Source of the DNA: Parasitella parasitica NRRL 2501
Lineage: Eukaryota > Fungi > Mucoromycota
Direction: 5' to 3'
DNA: 64,000 bases
Assembly: GCA_025201805.1 (NCBI GenBank)
Contig: MU619266.1
Location: forward strand, 210,381 to 274,380
A program made the position numbers and the translations under genes. Under the pieces are notes generated by a model. The model ran no database searches. It saw nothing but the letters and a program-made list of their open reading frames with translations, and was not told the DNA's origin. Positions within the stretch are counted from its first letter, which is position 1; the number at the start of each line of letters is the position of its first letter. This document shows, piece by piece, positions 38,414 to 50,755 of this stretch.

Positions 38414-38560
38414 GATGCGATGATAGTAAATGAGTTGAAAGCTTTGCGAAAGGAACAAAACACGAGAAATGATGACGTAAATAACTTCATAAAAAAAAAT
38501 CGCCTTTTCTTTTGGGGGCTCTTTATCTCTCGACTATTGCAGGTAATGTTATAAACGCTT

Positions 38561-38853
38561 GTAGTGGACTAGGGCTTTCCATCTTGCTAGGTGATAGTTA
38601 TGGCCGTGTATCATAGATCACTCCCTAGTCAAACATTTCACTTCCCGGCTGCATCTGTGGAGCGTAATTGCTTGGAGATAGCATAAACCGTGTCTTGGAG
38701 GAAAGTGTCCCATTCACCTACCTGAGTGATAGTTATGGCCGTGTATCATAGATCACTCCTCAGGTAGGCATGGTAGTGTGAAGGTCTCACCCGTGGGGCG
38801 TAATTGCTTAGGGGTAGAGTAGCAGGCGCACTACCGAATGCTTACTTCACTAC
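38561..38853 (+). ncRNA. Candidate structured ncRNA with two repeated three-way-junction domains
   Basis: Terminal stem GTAGTGGA/TTCACTAC. Identical 34-nt hairpin at 38591-38624 and 38726-38759. Repeated GTGG(A/G)GCGTAATTGCTT hairpin. Flanking stems differ in sequence but keep pairing. G-U wobbles favour the + strand. Expression is not shown by the sequence. Confidence 0.65.
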
Positions 38854-39013
38854 TTTATTGATAATATGAGTTGAACTGTGCTAACCCAATCTTTATACAT
38901 ATATATATGAACATGATAACACTATATTGGATTGAGGCGTAATCTGCGAAAAAACGTTAGTGAACAAGCATTATATACTTTTCTATTGGCTTTTCGGTGT
39001 ATTGTGTGTCTGG

Positions 39014-39150
39014 TCATTTGTAAGCGATCGAACTTTTAGAATGTCTGTTTCCAAGGTGTTTAGCTATGGTATCCCAATATGCTGGCATGGATTCTCGCTG
39101 CTGTAATTTTTGCTTGTAAATTTGGTCGAATGTTTTTGAAGTAGATAGGC
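39014..39150 (-). pseudogene. Myb/SANT-like fragment
   Basis: Minus-strand frame reads YWDTIAKHLGNRHSKSSIAYK* with TGA where Myb repeats have Trp. Confidence 0.35.
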
Positions 39151-39238
39151 ATGCATACACAATTAAAAACAAAGTTTAATGTTAAGCTCAAAAGCGTGAG
39201 TTATAGACACGGTATTTTATGTAGTGGTGCAAGTGCAG

Positions 39239-40804
39239 TACACTATTATTTGGTTGACCATGACATAAATCAACTATATTTTCACTTAATGTTGTCGCAC
39301 TCTTTGAAAGAAATTTGTCGCACATTTTAAAACATTTGGAAGAAAAGATGGCGTATAAGTTGTATGCGACAAATGCGACGTTTATGGTTTATTTTTAAAG
39401 AGGCTTCTCTTGCAAGGAATCATTAAATCTATCGATAGAATATTTGCAGAATCCTTTGAGATCATTGAGAAGAATTTGATTGCATGCATCGGCGATTTTC
39501 GATGAAAGCGCTTCTTCTAAAAGCCTCTCCCTTTTTAGTTTGCTTTTGCAAACGGACCAAAACTGCTCGGTTGGATTGAGCTCAGGTGAATAGGGAAAAA
39601 GATAGACACATCTATATCCACGCCCTTCTATAACACTTTTGATATCTTCATTTATGTGAATCGGGGCGTTGTCCATTATCAAGTAATTGTCCTTAAAAAC
39701 ATCTGGAAATTTGTCCATGACATCCATCGTGTCATTCAAGAAATTGAAATAATGACCAGTAACAGTGCCTCTGCTTTGCTTTTGGGAAGACCCACTTGAT
39801 CCAGCAGTTTTCCTCTTCTTCGAAAAAGGCAGCACTCGAGGCCGTCTTACTTTAATGTTGACAACGCCTTGAGCTGATGGTGCTCCCAAGATGGTTGTTG
39901 TTTTTGCCTTTGTTTTTGGCACTTTGACTACTGCCCTAGTCTCTACTTTTGACCATGCAAAAGTTCGCTTCATGTTGATGTAAATTGCAGCTTCATCGAT
40001 GAATACACAGTTGCTCATATAGTCGATGTCTGTGTCCATCCATTTTTCTACCCACTCCTTTCGTTCCTTGATCTTTTCAAGACTATTACGATCTACTGAG
40101 TGAAAAGGAGCTCTCTTCAGACTAATATTGCAATTTTTAGTGACAAAATAGTAGAGAGCCGTTTTGGATATTTCTAATTCGATAAATGACGCTGTCAGAT
40201 TCTCCATCATTTGATTTAATACTAGGGAGGGCTGATCGTCCACTAAATCGACAATAAATTTTTTGTGGCTATCGTCAAGTAACCCAGGTCTACCCGCAGG
40301 TCTTCCACTACCTTCTTTCCTTGCAATATATGTCTGTGGATTCTCTTGATCGTTTTTTTAAACCATCGCTGTGCTGTGCGTGGGTTGATCTGCAGTTTTA
40401 TTGTTTGCAGCTCTGGCACTCATGCCCTTTTCATAGATCAAGGTAAACAACTACTGCTCCTTTTCTGAATCTTTGTAATGCTTGCGAATGTCGGGAGCTC
40501 TTGTATCTTCCTCATCTACCTCCATTTCCACTATTGTAACTGCCATGCCTTCGTCATTATAAAGATTTCCTTGACCGTCATAATGCATAAAAGTAGCATT
40601 CATTTTCAAAGAAAAATGTAAACCCTCAAGTACTTGATATGCGCCAATATTTAAACCTTTTAATAAGACAAATTTTTGTCTATGCGCGCGCCAAGTTTTT
40701 TTCATTTAGTACGCCAAGCTTATTTCCAAATGTGCGGCATTGTTCTTCCAAATGTGCGACATGTTTATTCAAAGAGTGCGACAACATTAAGTGAAAATAG
40801 TGTA
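39239..40804 (-). mobile_element. Tc1/IS630-type DD34E DNA transposon, right copy (inverted); inner TIR interrupted
   Basis: Near-identical reverse complement of 34621-36136 (EE vs EEE indel, few substitutions). Outer TIR ends 40804. Inner TIR resumes at 39277. Confidence 0.95.
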
Positions 40805-41963
40805 TCTCAATCAACGTTTATCCACATAACATCTGATGTTTGACAAGAAGTGTCAAACCTTATTAAATCACAGCATTTCCAGGACAGACCTATCTTTCTA
40901 TTTTACATTAAAGAGAAGATTGGGTAGGATGTCTTCCCGACCTCCCGCGATCATGTATTCTTTGAATAAGCCTGGAACCTTGCAAGAGGTCCAATTACAA
41001 CTTGTAGCTTATTCCTTATTTGTAAAAGAATTACCAACAATTAATATCATGATCCGTGCATTATGACTAAGTTAGATATGACATATGTAGCCTTTATATG
41101 GATACAACATTTATCATGAATATCAGATATTTGCTCATAAGTTCTGCTAAAATGATCGTTGAACCGAGATCTAAGTTGGAAAACTTAGCGTTGACTCACC
41201 TTTATCTGACAACAACGTTGGTATCCATGCTTAAATTGAAATCAAGAAATTTATCAGCAGTGAAACCGCATGAAAATTGTGTATAGATTATAGTGATATA
41301 TAATATATCTCACTGGTCTAATTGTTCCTTTATACAATTCAGTCAGTCACTACATAATAGTTTGTTACTAGCTCTTAAGACATTAACCAACCCACACCAG
41401 CTCATGTTCCTGGATCAATCCTCACAACAGATGAAAGAGCAAATGACACAATAGTGTTCAAACGATGTATTTCTTATTTATTCATCAATAGTTATAAGGT
41501 GCTATTATATTCACCAGTTGGATGTTTCCGCTAAAATCTTTTCATGGTAATAAATATTTGATAGATACAAATATATGTATTCGTATTCGTATTCGTGTCT
41601 ATAGCAAAGGATATCCTCGAAATGTTTGAAATATTAGAAACGGACTAAACAGAGTACTTATTAAAAAAAGTTGTATCTTCATATATTTGACAATTATACT
41701 TTTTGGACTTAGTTGTTTAATAGGTTTTATGGGGCATAGGATGTTCGTATCATCCATCTAAACGATCGTTTGATTACACAATTGAACGATTGAGGCGACT
41801 CCGCTTCTCATAAATTTTGCAGTTGAAAGCTGTTTTATTAGAGCATTACAGCTGCAAAGATAAGTTTGCAATCTATCTTTATATGGTATTTATTTATTAA
41901 CATCAGTAAGAGAGAGACAAAAGGTATAATATAAAGTACAGCATTTCAACAACAAAAGCTTAA

Positions 41964-44256
<2,293 letters not shown>

Positions 44257-44571
44257 TTTGTTTTTTTTGTTTCTTTTTGCTTTTTGGTCAAAAAAAACCC
44301 AGAGAAGAAAGCAAGAAAAAGGAAAGAGGAAAGAGAAGATGTAGAAGGGGATGTAAGTTAGTAGCGTTATTTATTTAAAACTACGTCAACAATATAGTGG
44401 AATGACGACAAGGACAGTTTGTAAGGCTATGAGAATATGCCGTTGCAGTTTATTCTGGTCTAATAAAAAACGAGAAGAAAGAACGAAAAAGAGAATCAAT
44501 CCACTATTTGTGGGTGCTAATTCATATAAATCATACACGTGCACTAGTAAAAAGACTATTTTTGGGGTTCT

Positions 44572-46425
44572 TTAAATCTGTAGATCATTGGCATTTTTCT
44601 CAATAAAAAATTCAGTTCCTTTACATGGAACGCCATCATAAGTAACTACTAAATAAGCAGAGCCTGGAGGATAAATATTAGCATTTGGTGGAGCCATAAT
44701 TTTGAGGGTTTCAGATCCTGGATCCACTTGGAAGCGAAGGTAAACATATCTTTGAGACATGTGCATTGAATGGGTGCTAAATCCAGGTCTCATGATGGCA
44801 ACTTTTAATTTAGTGGCATCCTTGATGTTGTCCTGAAGGTGTAATAGAATTTCAAACTCTTGGTCATAAGTAACTACTCTGGGCACATGTGAAATTCTCG
44901 GTCTAGCACTGTCAGGTCGCTTGTACAGGTGAGGAGGGGTGTAGTATTCCACTCGATATTCTGTGGGGTATTTTGCATGGATATCAGGTGGATCAACGCT
45001 GTTTGAGCCTGCAATCCACAATCTGCCGTCTGGTAATGGCAATGCAACAGAGTGGTACATGCGAGCAATGTCAGTATTGTCTAATCCTTGCGTCCATCTT
45101 TTTCCCAACGGCATTTTGTGATTGTAAATAATAGGGTCAAATGTTGGATCATGGTTGGCGTCCTTGTACCCTGCATAGCCGCGTTGACATCCATTCACCC
45201 ATATCAAGCTACCGTCAGATAATATTACGCCATCAGGCATAACTCGTCTGTGAATAAACGTATCCATTTCCCATTGAGGGTTTCTATCTCGTAGATTGAT
45301 CCGTCCACACGTATTATCGGCAGCGCTGGTGGCTTTCGGACTGGATGAACCACCGCAGATCAATATTTCGACATTGTAATCGTCTTCTGGGTCTAGCGGC
45401 AACATGACAGCTCCACCGGTCAAAGGATAAGATCGTGGCACACCTGGTAATGGAGGCAATTCCTTGACTACTTTATGGTTATTGTAGTCGTAAATGATTG
45501 ACTTTGTCGAAGCAAAAATAAACAAATTTCCATCTGGCAACAAGAAAACAAAAGGATACCTGTTTAGGACAAGAATTAGCTGCAAGATTTTTTGTAGATT
45601 CACCACAATACTTACAAATTGTAGGGTAGTGTGTGCAACAACAAGTCCAATTGAATGGGTTCATCGGTTCTAGGCGGCCAAAATTCGTAGGAAGGTACGT
45701 TTTTCTCTTTGGTGTTGTATTTTGTACCAGCAATAGAACCACCAATAATGATAAGATCGCCTTCCGGTAGTTGCTCAACAGTGGGGTACCATCGGTTACT
45801 GTACATTTTCCCCGTTGGATATTCAACCCAGGCACAACTGTCATCTGAGCAAGGCTGGAAATGTCGTATCGATTGATGCCCTCTGCCTGCTCTCCAAGCA
45901 CTTCTACTCTCTGCTCCACCTGTGCTAATAAAAGTGCCGTTTGCCAAAAATCCACCAGCAGAACAGAACGTATTTGTTTCCAGCAGCAGCGTTCTGTATG
46001 TGTTTGTTTCGATGTCATACAACGACGAGAAGGCGCTGACTCCAGAGTCTAATTTCGCTTCATTCTCCTCGGCTAGCACCCAATGTTAAATCTAACGGAA
46101 ATGGATTGATGCATTCTTCACTACCTTTGTCTATGATCAGGATACTTTGCTCACTATAATAAGGAAAAAAGAATATTAGGACAACATGCAATAAACTTTG
46201 TTTTCTCTTTGTGACACATTACTTCAATAACACAGCGTGCATTGCAGCCACGCCAGTTCGACCTTGTTGGATCATTTTGCCCTGTGTGGCATATTCTGAT
46301 TGATATGTCTTGTTGTAGTCTGGATAATGAAAGGGGGATGTGTTTGATAGCTCTACTTTGCCTGAAGCTACCAGTGAGCTGTAGGCGCTTAAAAGCAAAA
46401 ATATGGACAGCGATAGCTTCAACAT
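44572..46425 (-). CDS. Secreted copper radical oxidase (glyoxal oxidase, CAZy AA5_1)
   Basis: Signal peptide MLKLSLSIFLLL, GVAAMH, NTFCSAG, RWYPT, RSYP, RMYHS, GFSTHS, PPG. Confidence 0.93.
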
Positions 46426-46745
46426 ATATCTAAACGAAAAGAAGACAAAAAAAGAAAATAGACAGGCAACAGGGGGGAGGGGAGGGGAGGGGTTAAACGG
46501 ATGATATAGCAAAAAAAGGCACAATCAATCAGATTACTCGTGATCTGTGGAACCACTAAAACAGAATACTGGATTCAAATATATATATAGGACAGGCTCG
46601 TAATCTTTCATTTCTATTCACTGCTCCCCCTTCTCTCTTGTTTTTCATTCTAAACGGCATTGAATCTCTCTACTAAAAAATTAGTGAATAAAGGGCATTT
46701 TATTCGCAAGCCATTCCTTTCCTTTCCTGCAAAATTAACGCTTCA

Positions 46746-47933
46746 ATGATGAAACTTCTACTGCTGTTGGTGTTTCTGCAAATCATCCATGCCCAGTCGC
46801 TCATTAATTCGACCATCTTGGAATCTCTAAAATCAATATCACCCGTAAGTAAGCTGTGAATACAATGAATGCAGCTACTCATATTTCATTAAAGCTACTC
46901 TATAAAGCTATTCAGTCTTCTCCTTTAGCCCCAGAATTAACTGATTTACTGCATCAAAACATCACACTTTTCCTTCCAGCAGACACAGCATTGAACGCTT
47001 CGATTGAATCCGGAAAACTAAACTTCTCGTCCAATGCTTATGGTGCGCTCAGCTTCTTGACATTGAATGGATCACACTACGCAACCACATTTTCTGCTGC
47101 CAGAAAATTTTATACTACAAATTCAAACAATCAAATCTCAATCGGACCAACCATCTCGGCAAACTACCAGACACAATCTGACAAGTACGAGATTTACGCT
47201 GGACTGACCAAAGCTAAGATCGTGTCCCAAGACATTCAGTGTTCCAATGGTATTTATAGATGAATGTCAGCACTATTTTAGAATAAGACATTTACAGAAA
47301 ATTCGAATTCTAGGTTTAATACACATGGTGGATAATTTTCTGCAGCCAGCTGAAACGCCGTTGGACACTATTTCCGACTTGGACGAACTGGAATACATGG
47401 AAGGGCTTTTGAAATCACTCAACGTCTCGGATACCGTATCCGGCTTGAATAAGACGATTCTGGCTCCCATAAACGAAGCTTGGGTGGCAGCCAACGGCTC
47501 AGCTTTGCCATTTGGCACACTGATTCACAACTTGAAGTACCTGGTCATTGATGGTTTATACACTTCTGACATGTTCCTAACGGGTGAACCTATTTCCTAC
47601 CTGTCTGATTACAAAAAGTTGCCTATTGTGATTCAATTGCAACAAGACAAGGTATTAGTCAATGGCGCGGCCTGCATAGTGAAAACAGACATCATGACTT
47701 CTTGTGGCATTATACATCTCATTGACTCGGTGCCGTCTGCTGATGCCATGTTGGAGTTGGCTAAAAACACTTCTGCGATTGCCAATACCACAAGCAGCAA
47801 CGGAGATGCGAGTAACACAACAACAAGTAAAATGCCATTCCACCCCGTTTCAATAGCTCATCGCCCTTTCAGCATTTCATTAGATTGTGTGTATCTAGTT
47901 GTGTCTTTCGTCTCTTGTCTTTGCTTTTTATAA
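46746..47933 (+). CDS. Secreted/GPI-anchored two-domain fasciclin protein
   Basis: Signal peptide MMKLLLLLVFLQIIHA. FAS1 motifs TLFLPADTA / NGLIHMVD and TILAPINEA / GIIHLIDSV. Hydrophobic C-terminus. Confidence 0.85.
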
Positions 47934-48049
47934 TAAGATACCCTTCAATATAAAACTAACAAATGTACACGTATACTTGCTCGCCTCCTCTCAATTCAAG
48001 AATGAGGGGATGATATAAAAGAATTTAATCCTTAAAATATGTCGATTAT

Positions 48050-48890
48050 TATAAAGAAAACATTGAGGCCGCCAAAATATATCTATTATTGCCTGTCTTA
48101 CTTGCAGTAATACAGTCAAGCTGGTACTTTTAAAGTAATTGGCCATTATGGAAGAATGAGAAATACTATGCAGACCACCGTTAAAAAACCTCATTTTAAT
48201 GCTGAAGCCAGGAACTCTATTGACAAACTAGAGGCAATGCATGAATGGTTTATGAACTGGAAGGACAAAAATCTAAACTGTACAAAAAATTACGCATCTA
48301 TCGATGGAGCCGAATTCCATATAAGTAAAAGAGACAATTGGGCTAGATCACCAGCTAAAAGTTGCGTTATACCGTATCCTTTTGAAGAAGCTCCCTCCCA
48401 CATCTGCAATAGAAATTGCCCCTAAAAAAAACAGAAAGAGCAACAGTTGAAACAAGAGAGCTGTAACTGAGGCCAACGATGACGAAGCTGCCCCAGAAGA
48501 TGATGCCAATGTAACTGATATAAAGCCAACACTAAAAGGCACAAGCACCACCGCCCATTTATCAAGTTATCAATGAGCTCGCTGATATAATAAATGAGGA
48601 TGAGGATGAGGATTTAAAGCGTAGCTATTTAGTGTTAAATAATGCTAGTATTCATGAATCGAAGCCGATGATTCGAAAAATCGAAGCTAAAGGCTACACT
48701 GTAATATATCTCCTTCCCTTGCTCGCTTGAATTAAACCCCCTATTGAGCTATTCTGATCTTTAGTGAAAGGAAAGAAGAGGTTCTAACCTCTAGAATTGG
48801 TAACGCTTGTAATGGTATTCATTTTGGCGATCTTTATAACTTTTGTCGCCATTCAGAACGACAAATTGTAAAGTGCTATACCTTTCATTG
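48050..48890 (+). pseudogene. Decayed Tc1/IS630-type transposase
   Basis: ASIDGAEFHI..NWARS, YLVLNNASIH, GYTVIYL..ELNP.IE remnants with stops and frameshifts. Confidence 0.8.
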
Positions 48891-49356
48891 CATGAAATAT
48901 TCACTACTTTAAACTTCAACGCTATGAAAACGCTGCACTATGTAATTTAGTCATGCAACTTATGATTAAGCGTAATCGATTAAACCCGGTATTATTTTTT
49001 CTACAATTTATTTAGCATTAACCGATAAAGTGAATGCGAATCTCGTTCCTGGACAATTAACTGACATTGTCGATTTCTTTTTTTTTTTTTTGTAACCGCC
49101 AATATCCACCAGCCTGACTGTAACAGCTAGACACGTGTTGGTATACGCTATTAGTATATTCATGACGCAGAGAGTGAAAACCACGCGATTATACTTGAAA
49201 TTCAAAAGAAAGCTCATGACATTTCCGAGATTTCATCTTGAAATTACATGAAATAGGGTTGATTGTCAGAGAGAGGAGAAGGGAATGACAAAAAGGCTTC
49301 AGATTTACGATTTATTTTAATATACAGTTTTTAATATATGCGAAATATAGTTAGAT

Positions 49357-50755
49357 TTAGTATTGTCTTGAATTAGCAGAAGGAGATGTTTCAACAGCAC
49401 CTTGGCCATGCCCAATAGCCACACCCAACATGTCAGTCGAGGCTTTGCTTCTTTGAGATGGTGACCTCGGTAACTTGGAAACAACAGTTGCAACGACGCC
49501 CATGAAGCTCTGTGGTCTCCAGCGTGTGGGCACAGACTGAGCATCATCTTCAAGTTGCTGTTGTTTCTTTCTACGGTTAAACACAACTAAACCAGCTAAA
49601 CCTAACGCTGCGATACAACCAATGCCGACGCCGAGGCCGATTCCAAGTGCCTTGTTGCTAATGTCATTATCAGCCGCTGCATCTGAATTGGCATAGATAT
49701 CGCTATTATCAGTAGGCGAGATTCTGACATCGTTGGATGTTGCAGTTGCAATAGCTGTATCAGTTGCTGTAGCATTCACAGGTGTTATTTCTGCATCTTG
49801 GTCTGTATCTGTATTATCATCAGATTCTGTGTCTTCATCGGCGTCTGTATCAGCGTCTACGTCTGTATCGCTTTCTGTTTCTGTATCGGAATCTGTTTGT
49901 GCATCTGTATCTGATTCTGCGTCTGCTTCAGCGGTTTCTACGACAGAACTATCGTCTGCTTTTGTTTCAGAGGCAACGACTGTATTGGTATCGCTTATAT
50001 GTCCTATTTCAGTTTGACTGGCTGATATTGGCACAGGGACGACTGCAATAGTTGCAGCATTCGTATTCATAATACTGGGTTTTGCAGGCTCTGCGCTAAT
50101 TGATGTTGATGCTGAAGCTTTGTATCTTGAGGCGTTTGCTCTGCTCCTGGATATCGCTTTGCTTCTAGATTTGCTCCTAGCCTTTGATTTGCTTTTGGAA
50201 ATCGATTTGCTAATCGACTTTGATTTTCTGATGGCTTTGCTTATGGCTTTTATGACACGACGATTGATAGGTACAGCGACAACGGTTTTGGAACAGGTGG
50301 GAACGATCAGAGTGGTTTTTCGAGTGACACTTGGTGTAGATTTGTTTTGGGGAGTAACATCGTATGTCTTTGTTGTATTCCAGCAAACTGCGACTGTTTG
50401 GTTTATAAAGTAATGAGTGTGATTATAGCGATCATCATATTTCTTGTAAATTTTACTCCAACATGCTGTTTTATTATTAGCTGGTTGGCATGGAATTAAT
50501 ATCGAATTATTGAAATGACGTGGTGGAGGCAATGAGTGTTTCTGCTCTAAACAAACAAAGAAATTAGATCGACGGTTTACATGAGTCGGGGATCTTGTTT
50601 GGTACCTGTCACTAATCCATCATTTTCGATCTCGTTGTTTTCTGCTTTCCAAGGATATGAATAAGAAGTTTTTTCATAATGGTACTATTCTTCTTACCGA
50701 GAGCAAATGCTAAGCTTATGATGACCAGGAAAAAAAGGAGAGTTGCTTGGTTCAT
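49357..50755 (-). CDS. Type I membrane protein, mucin/Mid2-like (3 exons)
   Basis: Signal peptide MNQATLLFFLVIISLAFA, S/T/D-rich stalk, TM GIGLGVGIGCIAALGLAGLVVF, stop-transfer NRRKK. Confidence 0.75.

Noticed and set aside
38636-38643. TTTCACTT in the RNA linker matching the Tc1 TIR, as a possible guide
   Set aside because: An 8-nt match in AT-rich DNA is compatible with chance.
38561-38853. Structured element as a hammerhead or HDV ribozyme, SRP RNA, RNase P RNA or CRISPR array
   Set aside because: CTGAGTGA has no downstream GAAA after the stem. HDV-like bits (TCCTCAG, CGAATG) lack a good P2/P3 and are absent from unit 1. There is no SRP helix-8 tetraloop and no full P4. Only two repeats occur and there are no cas genes.
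40837-41464. Possible solo LTR to the right of the composite element
   Set aside because: Termini are imperfect (TGTTTGAC..GTTCAAACG), with no TSD and no second copy in the window.
32200-41900. TE island as a centromere
   Set aside because: No LINE ORFs or centromeric motif could be recognised; not supportable from the sequence alone.
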